NCBI GenBank assembly: GCA_965198005.1 | Contig: CBDAOI010000004.1 | Location: 832,001-896,000 of the forward strand | Source of the DNA: Spirochaetia bacterium | GTDB taxonomy: Bacteria > Spirochaetota > Spirochaetia > SZUA-6 > Bin103 | DNA length: 64,000 nucleotides | Direction of reading: 5' to 3' | Shown: piece after piece, positions 51,232-61,767 of the stretch | Numbering within the stretch: the first letter of the stretch is position 1 | Layout of the letters: every line of letters begins with the position of its first letter | Notes under the pieces: generated by a model | What the model was told of the DNA's origin: nothing | Database searches by the model: none | Seen by the model: the letters and a program-made list of their open reading frames with translations, nothing else | Position numbers and translations under genes: made by a program

Positions 51232-51339
51232 GGCGACAGTATAACTATACCGACAAACCATTATCAACAATGTTTTGTGAACGCTCCTGTGAACTCTTTG
51301 ACCGCACCCCGCAGGTAACGGTACCGTCGTCGCCGAGCC

Positions 51340-52677
51340 GTGCGTTTCGCCATCTATGCCAGCGATTCCCCCTTGCCGCGCGTGCGCCGTATCGAGGTGA
51401 TCCCGGTCGAATACCGCGGCACGCGCGGATTCTACCTGCGCGACCCGCTCGGGTTCACGCCGCAACCGCTGGTGCTCGGGAACGCAGGGCTGCTGATGCT
51501 GTCCTGTCTCGATGGCCGACACTCGATCGATCAGGTGTGCCGCGTCGTGCGCCGGAGACTGCCGGGCAGCAACATCGGGGCACCCGAGGTCCGGCGCCTG
51601 CTGAACGCCCTGAGCAGCGGCTGCTACCTGCAAGACCGGACGGCCGCGGCGCGTATCGCGCAGGTGCGTGCGGAGTTCGAGCGCGTGGAGGTGCGTCCGG
51701 CATGGCACGCCGGCTCCGCCTATCCGGACGACGCGGCCGAGCTGGCGGCGATGCTGGACCGTCTGTTCGCTGCCGCCGCGCCCGCGCGGGACGCGGGGGA
51801 GGGAGCGGCCGGGACCGGCGCGGGACAACTGGTCGCCGTCATGTGCCCGCACGTCGACCTGCGCGCCGGCGGTGAAATCTACCCGCCCGCGTTCGCCACC
51901 CTGGCCGCCGCGGCCCACCGGCCGCGACCGATCGAGCTGTACGTGATCCTCGGCGTGGCCCACCACGGCGGCACCCGGCCGGGCGCCAGCTTCGCCGTCG
52001 CCAGCGACAAGCACTACGCTACACCGTTCGGCGAGGTCCCCACCGACCGGTCCGTCATCGAGGAGTGGTCGCGCCGCGCCCGGCGGAAGGTCACCGACCA
52101 GCAATGGGTGCACCGCACCGAGCATTCGGTGGAATTCCCGCTGGTGTTCCTGCAGTACACGCAGGCGCGGGCGGCGCTGCCGCCGTACGCGGTGGTGCCG
52201 GTCCTGCTCGGCGGCGTCGACCACTACCTGCGCACCGGCCGCGATCCGCTGCAGGCTGCCGAGGTCGCCGGCGAGCTGGCGGCGCTGCGCGCGGCGGTGG
52301 CCGCCAGCGGCAAGCGCGCGCTCTACCTGCTGAGCGTGGATCTGGCTCACGTCGGCCCCAAGTTCGGTCAGCCTGAGCGGGTGGACGATGCGGTCGCGGC
52401 CGCCTGCGAGCAGGCCGACCGCGACCTGCTGGGTTTTGCCCAACGGTTCGACGCGGCCGGCTTCACCCGCGCGCTGCACGCCGATCGCAACTGCCGCAAC
52501 CTGGACGCCGTCTCCGGCCTGTTCTCCCTCTACCCGCTGCTGGCCGGCGGCGCCTGCCGCGGCTCCCTGCTCAGCTACGGCCAGAACCGGCAGCCCGACA
52601 CCGGCTCGCTGGTCAGCTACGCCAGCATGGCCTTCTACCGCACGGACCGCACGGCCCCCGCCCCGGCGCGTGACTGA
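51340..52677 (+). CDS. AmmeMemoRadiSam protein B (MEMO1 family) with N-terminal extension
   Basis: HAGSAYP, PHVD, LGVAH, TPFG, EHSVEF, SVDLAHVG and VSYAS motifs. Confidence 0.85.
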   Translation: MRFAIYASDSPLPRVRRIEVIPVEYRGTRGFYLRDPLGFTPQPLVLGNAGLLMLSCLDGRHSIDQVCRVVRRRLPGSNIGAPEVRRLLNALSSGCYLQDRTAAARIAQVRAEFERVEVRPAWHAGSAYPDDAAELAAMLDRLFAAAAPARDAGEGAAGTGAGQLVAVMCPHVDLRAGGEIYPPAFATLAAAAHRPRPIELYVILGVAHHGGTRPGASFAVASDKHYATPFGEVPTDRSVIEEWSRRARRKVTDQQWVHRTEHSVEFPLVFLQYTQARAALPPYAVVPVLLGGVDHYLRTGRDPLQAAEVAGELAALRAAVAASGKRALYLLSVDLAHVGPKFGQPERVDDAVAAACEQADRDLLGFAQRFDAAGFTRALHADRNCRNLDAVSGLFSLYPLLAGGACRGSLLSYGQNRQPDTGSLVSYASMAFYRTDRTAPAPARD

Positions 52678-52938
52678 TCCCGCGCCGCCGGTGGAACGGT
52701 ACGTCTCGTCCGGTACGGCGCGGCTCCGGACGTGCCCAAGCCCGCGGCGACGCCGCTGCCGACCCCGTTCGAACTCGTCACCACGCCGCTGCGAGAAGCC
52801 TCCAGCCCCCACGCCGGATTTGGGTTTGGATTTGGGTAACTGCGGTTGACTTCTCTCTACTCTCAATGGTAGGGTAGGCTCTAGACCTTAGCGGGAGGCA
52901 ACGCTACGGGCCCCAATGATAGCGTAGAGATAGTTCGT

Positions 52939-53607
52939 GTGCCAGATTACCGTGACCTGCCATCGTATACGGTGTCGGAGGTAGCGCAATGCCTTTGTGT
53001 GCCACCAGCCACAGTACGCTATTGGGCAAAGGGGCGAGGCGATCACAAGCCGGTCATAGCTATACCCAACTACGACCTTCGGCCAACTCTGCTGTCCTTT
53101 TTTAATCTCGCGGAGCTACATGTACTCTCCTCAATCCGGCGCGAGCACAAAATCCCGCTTCCAAACGTGAGGGTCGCCCAAGAACACTTGATAGCGATCG
53201 CGCGTGAAGTATCAGAAAGCGGCCATCCGCTCATCAGCTATGAACTTCAGACGGACGGCCTCGATATATTCGTCGAGAGGGTCGGGGCGTTGATAAATGC
53301 AAGTAGGGGCGGCCAATACGAAATGCGTCCCCTTATGGAAGACGTATTCGCCCGTATTACAAGAGACAGTAGGCGCATACCGGTTAGACTACACTTGTTT
53401 CCTCGTGGCAACGACAATCCGGACATAGCTATCGTTGATCCGAATCTTGCTGGCGGGCGTCCAGTGCTAAACGGGACAGGTATACCGTTGCACGTGATTT
53501 CCGAGCGGTTCATAGCGGGCGATTCCGTCGAAGATCTGGCTTATGACTACAAGCGAAACTCAAAAGAGATTGAAGAAGCGATACGGTGGTGCCAGCCGGC
53601 AGCCTGA
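52939..53607 (+). CDS. HTH + DUF433 antitoxin (VapB45-like)
   Basis: YTVSEVA..TVRYW, LSFFNLAE and DP..GGRPVL.GT..GDSVEDLA.DY motifs. Confidence 0.85.
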   Translation: MPDYRDLPSYTVSEVAQCLCVPPATVRYWAKGRGDHKPVIAIPNYDLRPTLLSFFNLAELHVLSSIRREHKIPLPNVRVAQEHLIAIAREVSESGHPLISYELQTDGLDIFVERVGALINASRGGQYEMRPLMEDVFARITRDSRRIPVRLHLFPRGNDNPDIAIVDPNLAGGRPVLNGTGIPLHVISERFIAGDSVEDLAYDYKRNSKEIEEAIRWCQPAA

Positions 53608-53782
53608 CACATACCGATGAAGAATGGATCAAGAAGGCGGGCAATAATGGATGGGTAGCGATAACGCGTGATTACAACGCACACCGTCACCATTCGTTGC
53701 AGGTCTAAGGGCGGACGGCACCATTACGAAGTACGACATTGAACATCGGCGGGCTGATGCAGACCAGGATTGCTTTGCCTAG
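53589..53782 (+). pseudogene. Collapsed VapC45-like PIN toxin
   Basis: A GTG overlapping the antitoxin end is in frame with TDEEWIKKAGNNGWVAITRD; the flanking parts of the domain are deleted. Confidence 0.7.
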
Positions 53783-53856
53783 GCCTAAGGCATATCTGGC
53801 TAACCTGGATGAATCTAGTGGTCGGGTATGTGGACGCCACCCTGAGGAGTGACACT

Positions 53857-54054
53857 ATGGCAACCGATCGGCCCGCAGGTGACTACGAACTTCGGACGAA
53901 GGATTCCGCCCCGCCCGTGGCGCAGCCGCCTGCGTATGACCCCCACTGGCGTGAGCGGATTGAGCGGGCCAGGAGCGCTCGGGAAGATGGACGCAAGGCG
54001 CGGCAGGGGAAGCCGATAGTCTTTCCGATTGATGATCCCCGGCCTCTGACTTGA
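53857..54054 (+). CDS. Small hypothetical protein
   Basis: GAGGAG RBS, ATG and a 65-aa ORF. Confidence 0.4.
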   Translation: MATDRPAGDYELRTKDSAPPVAQPPAYDPHWRERIERARSAREDGRKARQGKPIVFPIDDPRPLT

Positions 54055-54241
54055 GTCCCGGTCAATCCCCCGGAGACGCTCCGCGTTCCCCCCGTAGCCC
54101 GCTCTCGAGGGGCAGCATGCATTCGAAGAGACTCTTTACGACGCCGATCCTGAAGAAGACCTCCACCTGATGCTCGCTACGCCAGGCGGCGCCGGCGAAA
54201 CCGCGTTGCGGCTCGTGCGTCAAGCGCAGTCCCGCTGTGCC

Positions 54242-54269
54242 GCAAGTGCCGTGACGATCCGTTCGACGT
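54242..54269 (-). repeat. 28-bp exact copy of the metal SBP 3' end (cf. 50243-50270)
   Basis: GCAAGTGCCGTGACGATCCGTTCGACGT at both sites. Confidence 0.85.
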
Positions 54270-54315
54270 CTGGTGAGTACTGTTGTCAGGACTGCCCGTG
54301 CCGGCGGGGCGCCGG

Positions 54316-55421
54316 TCAGCGGGCCAGCCAAGCACTGAAGCGTTCGGTTATCTCGTCGCCGTGGTCGCTCCACCAGCGCCAGTCGTGGTGCAGGGCACGG
54401 GTCAGGTTGGCGGGCGTGGTCGGCATGTGCCGCGCCATCTCCACCCCCGTCTCCAGGTGGGTGCCGACCAGCGCCGTGCCGGAGCGGCGCACCGGACCGT
54501 ACGAGATGTAGCGGCTCACCGCCGCCATCGACTCCGGCCTGCCGGCGAAAGCGATGAACTTGCGGGCCGCCTCCAGGTTGCGGGTGCCGGCGACGATCAC
54601 GAGCTGGCTGTTGTCCAGGATCTGGCCGTCCCACACGATCTCGAACGGCTGGTTCTCCAGCACCTGGGCATTGAAGATGCGGCCGTTGTAGGCGGTGCTC
54701 ATCACCAACTCGCCGTCGGCCAGCATCTGCGGCGGCTGCGCCCCCGTTTCCCACCACACGATCTGGTCCTTGATCGTGTCGAGCTTGCGGAACGCGCGGT
54801 CCACTCCCTCCGGCGTGTCGAGCGTGGCGTACACCTCGTCCAGCGGCACGCCGTCGGCCAGCAGCGCGATCTCCAGGTTGTCGCTTGGCACGCGCCGCAT
54901 GCCGCGCCGCCCCGGGAACCGCTCCAGGTCGAAGAAGTCCTCGATCGTGGACGGCTTTGCGTCCGGGAAGTGCTCCGGGTGATACGCGTAGATGGAGGAG
55001 AAGAAGATCGTCCCGATCCCGCAGTCGGTGAGCGTCCCGGCGACGAAGTCCTCCTCCGCCGGGGTGCCGTCCGCACCGGGCGGCAGGTCGCCGGCGTCGA
55101 TGAACTCCAACAAGCCCTCGTCGCAGCCGAGCACCGCGTCGGCGACGTTGAGGTCGACCACGTCCCAGTATACGTTGCCGGTCTCCACCTGCGCGCGGAT
55201 CTGGGCGAGGCCGCCGTTGTAATCCTCCAGCCGCACCTCGATCCCGGTGGCGGCGGTGAACGGCTCGTGATACGCCTGCTGGCAGGCGCGGGCATAGGAG
55301 CCGCCGAAGGCCGTCAGCGGCTGGTCGGCCGCCAGCGGCATGGCTCAGGGTCAGCGCGGCGTAGCAACGCAGCCGCAGTCCCGGCAAGCAAGCGCCGAGC
55401 GCGCGATTGGATCGGTCTCAT
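54316..55421 (-). pseudogene. PotD/PotF-like ABC substrate-binding protein; signal-peptide region disrupted by indels
   Basis: FGGSY, WDVVD, DFFDLERFPGRRG and AYNGR in ORF 54316-55341. A signal-like start at 55421 is out of frame. Confidence 0.75.
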
Positions 55422-56145
55422 GCGCCCATCATCCCGCTACGCAACCCTGAGTGCAAGTATTCTCCCCGCGTGCCCGTGATGGCAGGTGTTCGCACTCTTC
55501 GGCCCTCGTTCCGGTCTCGTGGTCGGCTGGGCCGCTACCATCTGCGGTCCGGCACGTCTGAAACACCGGCGTCGGCCCGCCCGCACCTGCCGTTGCGGAC
55601 GCCGGATCAGCGAACATTTCCGCCTCGACCAACTCGTTGATCCGCCTGACACCGGCGGCGTCGGTCTGAACGAATCGCGACAGTTTGGTGCGCTCCGCGA
55701 ATGCTCTTGCAACCACGCCGGTCGCGTCGTGCACAATGCTCTGGGCGTAGGCCTCAAATTGACCGGTCAACGCAGCACGGCCGTGTGGCAGCTCGACCAT
55801 GCGCGGCGGGCGCGCGCGCATCCCGCCGGCAGGCGGCGGGCTTGGGTGGGCGATTTTGGATTCTCGGTGCCACATCGCGCTCAACCTACTTCGCGCAGCG
55901 TCTGGAAATTGCGAACCACAAGGTAGCGCGCGTATGCGTTGCATGGATCCGTTGTGCGTGCCACCATCGAATCAGCGGACGATCGTCTTCCTCTCGGGAG
56001 GTAGGGTCAGGCTCAGGCGAGTACGTCGCCTGCGTCGGCCGTGCTCCGAGCTGACGGCGCGATTCGCCAACCACATTGACCAAGGCGCGCTGGCAGCCTG
56101 TCTTCGGCCGGGGAATCCGATGTCGGCCGCTGTCGGAGGAATGAA

Positions 56146-58263
56146 ATGTCGAATGTCGAGGCCGCGCAGAAGGCGTCAGCCGTACTACCGTCGGGCGCTG
56201 TCGACCGTTGGCGCGAGCGCTGGCAGCAAGCGCAGCGCGATAGGACATGGATTGAGCGGTACAGACTCCGAGACGCCAAGCGCAAGCAGATTCTTCCCGA
56301 AATCAGTGAGCTCGTGAAGCGGTTCCTCGACCGCGACTTGGCGATTCCCGAGTTCAGGGAGACCTTCGACCGCAAGACGAAGAACGAATGGGACCTGTTC
56401 GGCCTGAAGGGCCTGTCGGGAGCGATGTTCCTGAACAAGCTGGTCAAGCACCTGTCCGACCATGACGAACTCAAGCGCGAATTGCAGGCTGCGCTCGCGG
56501 TTCCCGTCGACGATGCGGCAGCGCGCCTTCAGATCGACGACCTGACAAGATACCTGGACCGGAAGATCGAAGAAGGTTCGGCGACCCGAGCCGACCTGCA
56601 ACCGAACCGTGCGCCATTCCTCGTCAGTGCGATTTGGCACGTGCAGCACTGGGACCGATGGCCGATCATCTACTTCTCCGCGAGGAAGGCGCTTACGATG
56701 GACGGTGTGCTCGGCAATGGCGGAACCGGGGGCGACGGTTACCTGGAATTCTCGCGCGTGTTCACGGCGCTGGCTGATGGAGTCGACATCTCGTTCTGGG
56801 ATCTTGAGCACCTCTGCTCCCGCGTTGAGACTGCCGCGGCTGACGCAGACGACGAAGGGCAGGTATCCGTCGAAGAAGAGGATGCCTCCCAGGGAGGAAG
56901 ATTGTGGCTGTTCTTGCCCGGACGCGCGGCATCGCAATTCGACCGGTTCTACCAAGAAGGCATCATGGCAATTGGTTGGGACTCGCTCGGAGACCTCTCC
57001 AACTATGCGGATCGAGATGCGATACGGCGTGCGCTCCACGACAAGGAGGGCGGCAATATTAACCGGAAGCACGATGCACTCGCGTGCTACCAGTTTGCCC
57101 ATGAGATGCAGGTTGGAGACATCATATTTGCGAAGCGCGGGCGGCGGCAAATCGTCGGCTACGGGCTCGTAGCTTCCGAGTATCGGCACGAGCCTCAACG
57201 GAGTGGCTTTACGCACGTGCGATCGATCGAATGGAAAAAGCGGGGAGAATGGGAGCCGCGGGAGCGTCCGCTCGTGACGAAGACCCTTACTGAGATCGGA
57301 AAGTACCCCGACCTCGTCGCGGACATACGCCGCGCATTAGGGCTACTGGACGACGGCGATGACGAAGACAGACCTGAATTTCGACCACCGTACCTTCTCG
57401 AAGACGCCGTCGGCGAGGTATTCATGTCGCGAGCACAGATCGAGGAAGCGCTCGCGCTGCTCAAGTACAAGAAGAACCTCGTGTTGCAGGGCCCCCCGGG
57501 TGTCGGGAAGACGTTCGTTGCCAAGCGCGTGGCATACTTGCTGGTTGGCGAGAAGGATCCGAAGCGCATCTCCCAGGTACAATTTCACCAGTCGTATGCC
57601 TACGAAGACTTCGTGCAAGGCTATCGGCCGGTCGACGATGGTAGATTCGCTCTCGCCGACGGCCCATTCGTGCGCTTCTGCGATCAAGCTCTGCAGGATC
57701 CGGAGTCGCCCTACGTGTTGCTGATCGACGAAATCAACCGCGGGAATCTCAGCAAGATCTTCGGCGAACTGCTGCTGCTCATCGAGGCGGACAAGCGCAA
57801 TTCAACGTGGGCGACGACGCTTGCGTACGCGAAGGAGGATGACGCACCCTTCTACGTCCCGAACAACCTCCACATCATCGGCACGATGAACACTGCCGAC
57901 CGATCCCTGGCATTGGTGGACTACGCGTTGCGGCGTCGCTTCGCATTCTTCGACGTGGAACCCGCGTTCGAACATGACGGCTTTGTTCGTAGGCTGGCAA
58001 GTCTCGCCGTGGAGGCCGCATTGCGCAATCGCATTGTCGAACGATTCAAGCTGCTGAACAAACGAATCGTGGATGACCAGAATCTGGGCAGCGGTTTCCG
58101 CGTTGGCCATAGTTACTTCTGCCACACTGACGGAGGAACGGCGGACGAGGCGTGGTACCGGCGCATTATCCGGACCGAGATCAGGCCGCTCCTGCAGGAG
58201 TATTGGTTCGATAACGCCGACCGCGCGGACGACGAGGTAGCGAACTTGTCCGGCGATGACTGA
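56146..58263 (+). CDS. mcrB: McrB-family AAA+ GTPase of a modification-dependent restriction system
   Basis: GPPGVGKT, QFHQSYAYEDF, DEINRG and MNTADRS..DYALRRRF motifs. Confidence 0.93.
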   Translation: MSNVEAAQKASAVLPSGAVDRWRERWQQAQRDRTWIERYRLRDAKRKQILPEISELVKRFLDRDLAIPEFRETFDRKTKNEWDLFGLKGLSGAMFLNKLVKHLSDHDELKRELQAALAVPVDDAAARLQIDDLTRYLDRKIEEGSATRADLQPNRAPFLVSAIWHVQHWDRWPIIYFSARKALTMDGVLGNGGTGGDGYLEFSRVFTALADGVDISFWDLEHLCSRVETAAADADDEGQVSVEEEDASQGGRLWLFLPGRAASQFDRFYQEGIMAIGWDSLGDLSNYADRDAIRRALHDKEGGNINRKHDALACYQFAHEMQVGDIIFAKRGRRQIVGYGLVASEYRHEPQRSGFTHVRSIEWKKRGEWEPRERPLVTKTLTEIGKYPDLVADIRRALGLLDDGDDEDRPEFRPPYLLEDAVGEVFMSRAQIEEALALLKYKKNLVLQGPPGVGKTFVAKRVAYLLVGEKDPKRISQVQFHQSYAYEDFVQGYRPVDDGRFALADGPFVRFCDQALQDPESPYVLLIDEINRGNLSKIFGELLLLIEADKRNSTWATTLAYAKEDDAPFYVPNNLHIIGTMNTADRSLALVDYALRRRFAFFDVEPAFEHDGFVRRLASLAVEAALRNRIVERFKLLNKRIVDDQNLGSGFRVGHSYFCHTDGGTADEAWYRRIIRTEIRPLLQEYWFDNADRADDEVANLSGDD

Positions 58264-58265
58264 CG

Positions 58266-59303
58266 GTGGCGGTTCCCGTTAGGAACATCTACTACCTGCT
58301 GTGTTACGCATGGGATCGGCTCGAGGCGCGCGATCTGATTGACGTGGGCGCCGTGTCCGGCAACCGCATCGAGAACCTGCTTGGCTCGGTCCTGTCTCAC
58401 GCAGTCGCGGATCTGATCCGTCGCGGTCTTGACCGAGGCTACGTCCCGTTTGAGGAGGAAGGGCGCCGGTTGCGCGGCAAACTGTTGCTGTCGGAAGTAG
58501 TAAAGCGGTCGCTGCTGCCGCGCGGTCGCGTCGTCTGCCACATCGACGAACTCAGCCATGACGTGCCGCACAACCGGTTGATCAAAGCAGCCATGGCCGC
58601 GTTGGTTGGCTTGCCGAGGCTGGATCAGGAACTGCGGGTTGGGCTGGGCAGTCTTGGGCGCCGCATGGATACCGTCACCGACGTAGAGCTGACTTCCGCG
58701 GCTTTCCGTAACGTGCAGCTGCATCGCAACGTTGGGCGCTACGCCTTCGTGGTGAACGTATGCAGCCTCATCGCACGCAGCCTTCTGCCCGATGAGAAGA
58801 CCGGCGGCAAGCGCTTCCATCCATTCACCACCAGCGAGCAGCAAATGGGCCTGCTGTTCCAGGCATTCGTTCGAAACTTCCTCCAGCGCGAGCAGGACGT
58901 GTTCCAGGTCTCAGGGCGCTCGGTGCCGTGGGACATCGACCCGGCGGACGGATCGGACTGTTCGTGGCTGCCACAGATGTTGGTGGATGTGATGCTGACC
59001 AGCTCCGACCGGCGCGTGGTTGTCGAGACGAAGTACTACGCTACGCCATACCGGAGGCACTTCGGAACGAGGAAGCTCATCTCCGGTCATCTCTACCAGC
59101 TTCTCACGTACCTGTCGCAGCTTCACGCCACTCCGGGACCGGCGCCCGTCGGTGTGCTCCTGTACGCGGGGGCACGAGAGCAACAGCGGCTTGATTATCG
59201 GCTGGGCGTTCATAAGCTGCTCGTTCGGAGCGTCGACCTGAATCGCGACTGGCGTGACATCCACCGGAGACTGATCTCGCTCGCGCATGAGCTTGGGCAA
59301 TAG
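58266..59303 (+). CDS. mcrC: McrC nuclease subunit
   Basis: PVRNIYYLLCYAW, LFQAFVRNF and DVML..VETKYY..LYQL..Y motifs. Confidence 0.92.
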   Translation: MAVPVRNIYYLLCYAWDRLEARDLIDVGAVSGNRIENLLGSVLSHAVADLIRRGLDRGYVPFEEEGRRLRGKLLLSEVVKRSLLPRGRVVCHIDELSHDVPHNRLIKAAMAALVGLPRLDQELRVGLGSLGRRMDTVTDVELTSAAFRNVQLHRNVGRYAFVVNVCSLIARSLLPDEKTGGKRFHPFTTSEQQMGLLFQAFVRNFLQREQDVFQVSGRSVPWDIDPADGSDCSWLPQMLVDVMLTSSDRRVVVETKYYATPYRRHFGTRKLISGHLYQLLTYLSQLHATPGPAPVGVLLYAGAREQQRLDYRLGVHKLLVRSVDLNRDWRDIHRRLISLAHELGQ

Positions 59304-59544
59304 ACTCCGTGGGGCCTCTGAGGGGCCAAAATGCTCGACCGACGGGCCCCGCCGAGGGCCGCACGCGCAACCCAGCGTTCAACCGCCGTGGGACGGCAAG
59401 CGGCGGGCGAGGTTCGTGCGCCCCAAGACCGGCAGGGGGCTCCGCCCGCTCGTGCTGTGGGGTGGCGGCAGGTCACCCCGCAAGGGCCGTAGCGCAGCGA
59501 AGGAGCAGCGGAGCCGATCCGGGGTATGTCTGGCCACCACTCCC

Positions 59545-60140
59545 GGTAGCGCACATCCTTGGCGTACACCTAGCCGAGGGTGCGCCGCGCTTTCGCCTCC
59601 TGCTGCAGGTCTCGCTTGAGTGCGGCACTGTTGCGGGGATTGATCAGCTGCTGACGCTGCAGACGGCTCGGCTCCTTGGGCCGTTCCTCGCCCTTGCGGG
59701 GGCGCCCGCGCTTGCGGTTCGGCTTGGCTGGCTGCTTTGGCTTCGGAGTCGGCTTCTCGCGCCCCTCGATCGCCGTCGCATCGCGTGACACATGACCGAC
59801 CAACTGCTCCTGCATGGTGCTCTCGATCAGCGCCTCGTGCAGACGGCTCGGCAGGGCTCCCTCAGCGAACCCGGCAAAGGCACGCGAGAAGGTCGCCTCG
59901 CTGGGGATCGCCCGTATACTACTCCAGCCGCACAGGTAGCGTAGCGCCCGGTCGTTGGCCAGCCGTTCAAGCAGTGCCCTGGTCGTGTCGATCTGGAACA
60001 CCGCCTTGGCGATGAAGGCGCGCGCCATCGCCACACGATCCTGTTGCGGGCGACCGCGCAGGGTACGAAAACAGGGCAGATGTTGTTCCACCCGCACCAA
60101 CTCGAGGACGGCGATGAAAGACTGTCTCCGTTCGGCCGCT
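59545..60140 (-). mobile_element. IS5/IS1182-like DDE transposase remnant
   Basis: ARAFIAKAV, LCGW..PSEATFSRAF and SRDATAIEGREKP, then a deletion to INPR..EAKARR. Confidence 0.75.
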
Positions 60141-60198
60141 CCCATCGCCGGCCGAGCGCCGCCGTTGCACGTTTTGGAAAAATCGTTATCTTATCGCC

Positions 60199-61767
60199 AT
60201 GGGCGCACGCTGGGGCTTCTACGGACGCACGGAAGAGCTTGGCGCTGTTCTGGAGCGGATGCGCGAACGGCGCTGGTTCTTCGGCGCCATTCGTGGACGC
60301 CGTAGAATCGGCAAGACGGCACTCATCCAGCAGGCGCTCACCACCTTCGCGGAGGATGAAGCCGCGGGGCGCCGGGTGCTGCTGGTGCAGATCCCTGACA
60401 GCAGCCCGGCGGACTTGGCCGCGGTATTCCGCAGCGGAGTGCGGGAAGCGGACCTGGAACGCCATCTCGACGCTTCCCTGATCCGCGACCTGCCCGGGGT
60501 GGCGGCCGCCGTGGGCGCGCTGTGTGCGGCGGGAGTCGTCGTGGTCCTCGACGAGTTTCAGATTTGCCATCGCGGGCCGCTGCGCGGTCTGCCCTCGTTG
60601 CTGCAGGCGCAGGTGGATCGCCTTCAGGATCGGGACGCTGCCGGCGGCCTGATCGTGCTCGGCTCCGTCCAGGCGGAGATGGAAGCGCTCCTCTACGATC
60701 GGCGGGCGCCGCTGTTCGGGCGCACGACGTTCGATCTCCGCCTCGCTCCGTGGGACCTTCGCACGGTGTTCGAAGTGTGCCTTGATCATGGCGCCGGAGC
60801 CCCGGAGCGTTGCCTGACTCTGTGGACGCTGTTCGGCGGGGTCCCGAAGTACTGGCGGCACTTCGCCGAAACGGATGGTCTGGACGCCATTCCGGAGTGG
60901 GAACCATGGGCGCACCAAGTATGCGAGCGGCTGTTTCTGCATGCGGACTCGCCCTTGCGTGAGGAAGGCGAAACCCTTCTGGCACGCGAGTTACACCGCA
61001 ACTACCTTGCCATCTTGCGCACCGTGGCCGAGCGCAGGAGCTGCACCCATGGCGAGATACAGGATGCGCTGCCGGAACTCACCAGTCTGGGACCGTATCT
61101 GACCACCCTGACCCACGACCTCAGGCTCCTTGAAAAGCAGCTTCCGATGTTCGCCGAAGCGCGCCAGCGGCGAGCGCGTTACGTCGTGTCCGACGCGTTC
61201 CTCGGCGCGTGGCTCAACGTGATGCAGCCGGCGTGCCAGGCTGCGCGCATCCAGCCCGCCTCTCAAGTTGCGGAGCGCTTGTTGCCGCGACTCGCGACGC
61301 TCGAGGGGCATGCGTTCGAGCGCCTGGTGCGGGACGCGAGCGAGGAAGCATCCCACGCCGGCGCTGGGGACTTTCCGATGACCGATCGCGTTCGGGGATA
61401 CTGGAACCGACCTCAGCCAACTCCGGCAACCATCGAGATCGACTTGGTCGCGTGGAATGACGCAGAGCGACGCGTGCGCTTCGGATCCTGCAAGAGGAAT
61501 TCCGCAGCTCACGATGCCACGTCGCGGCGCGAGTTCCACGGCCACGTGGATCGGTTTCTCTCCACCAAGGAAGGCAGACGGTTCCGTGAGTGGCACCGAG
61601 AGCTGGTGCTGTTCTCGCCGGAGTTTTCCGCGCAACAGCGCGCACGCCTGGAAGCCGACCATTGGATCTGCCGCGACCTGCTCGACTTTCAGCGCATGCT
61701 CCTGCCTGCAGCACGCGGAACGAACGGTACCTTGCCTCCTGCACCCAAGGTCGCCGGAGCAGAATGA
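60199..61767 (+). CDS. Archaeal-type P-loop ATPase with C-terminal DUF234/PD-(D/E)xK-like domain
   Basis: FYGR.EEL, GRRRIGKT, LDEFQ, GGVPKY, AFE..VR and YW..EIDLVA..GSCK motifs. Confidence 0.85.
   Translation: MGARWGFYGRTEELGAVLERMRERRWFFGAIRGRRRIGKTALIQQALTTFAEDEAAGRRVLLVQIPDSSPADLAAVFRSGVREADLERHLDASLIRDLPGVAAAVGALCAAGVVVVLDEFQICHRGPLRGLPSLLQAQVDRLQDRDAAGGLIVLGSVQAEMEALLYDRRAPLFGRTTFDLRLAPWDLRTVFEVCLDHGAGAPERCLTLWTLFGGVPKYWRHFAETDGLDAIPEWEPWAHQVCERLFLHADSPLREEGETLLARELHRNYLAILRTVAERRSCTHGEIQDALPELTSLGPYLTTLTHDLRLLEKQLPMFAEARQRRARYVVSDAFLGAWLNVMQPACQAARIQPASQVAERLLPRLATLEGHAFERLVRDASEEASHAGAGDFPMTDRVRGYWNRPQPTPATIEIDLVAWNDAERRVRFGSCKRNSAAHDATSRREFHGHVDRFLSTKEGRRFREWHRELVLFSPEFSAQQRARLEADHWICRDLLDFQRMLLPAARGTNGTLPPAPKVAGAE

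Noticed and set aside
50236-52866. 876-aa ORF
   Set aside because: Only 50236-51231 encodes the SBP; the remainder is antisense to the MEMO1-family gene.
55430-56140. Several short ORFs upstream of mcrB
   Set aside because: No recognisable motifs; possibly gene debris that cannot be assigned by eye.
59304-59545. GC-rich segment after mcrC as a possible structured RNA
   Set aside because: No recognisable RNA family motif; any hairpins are expected at this GC content.
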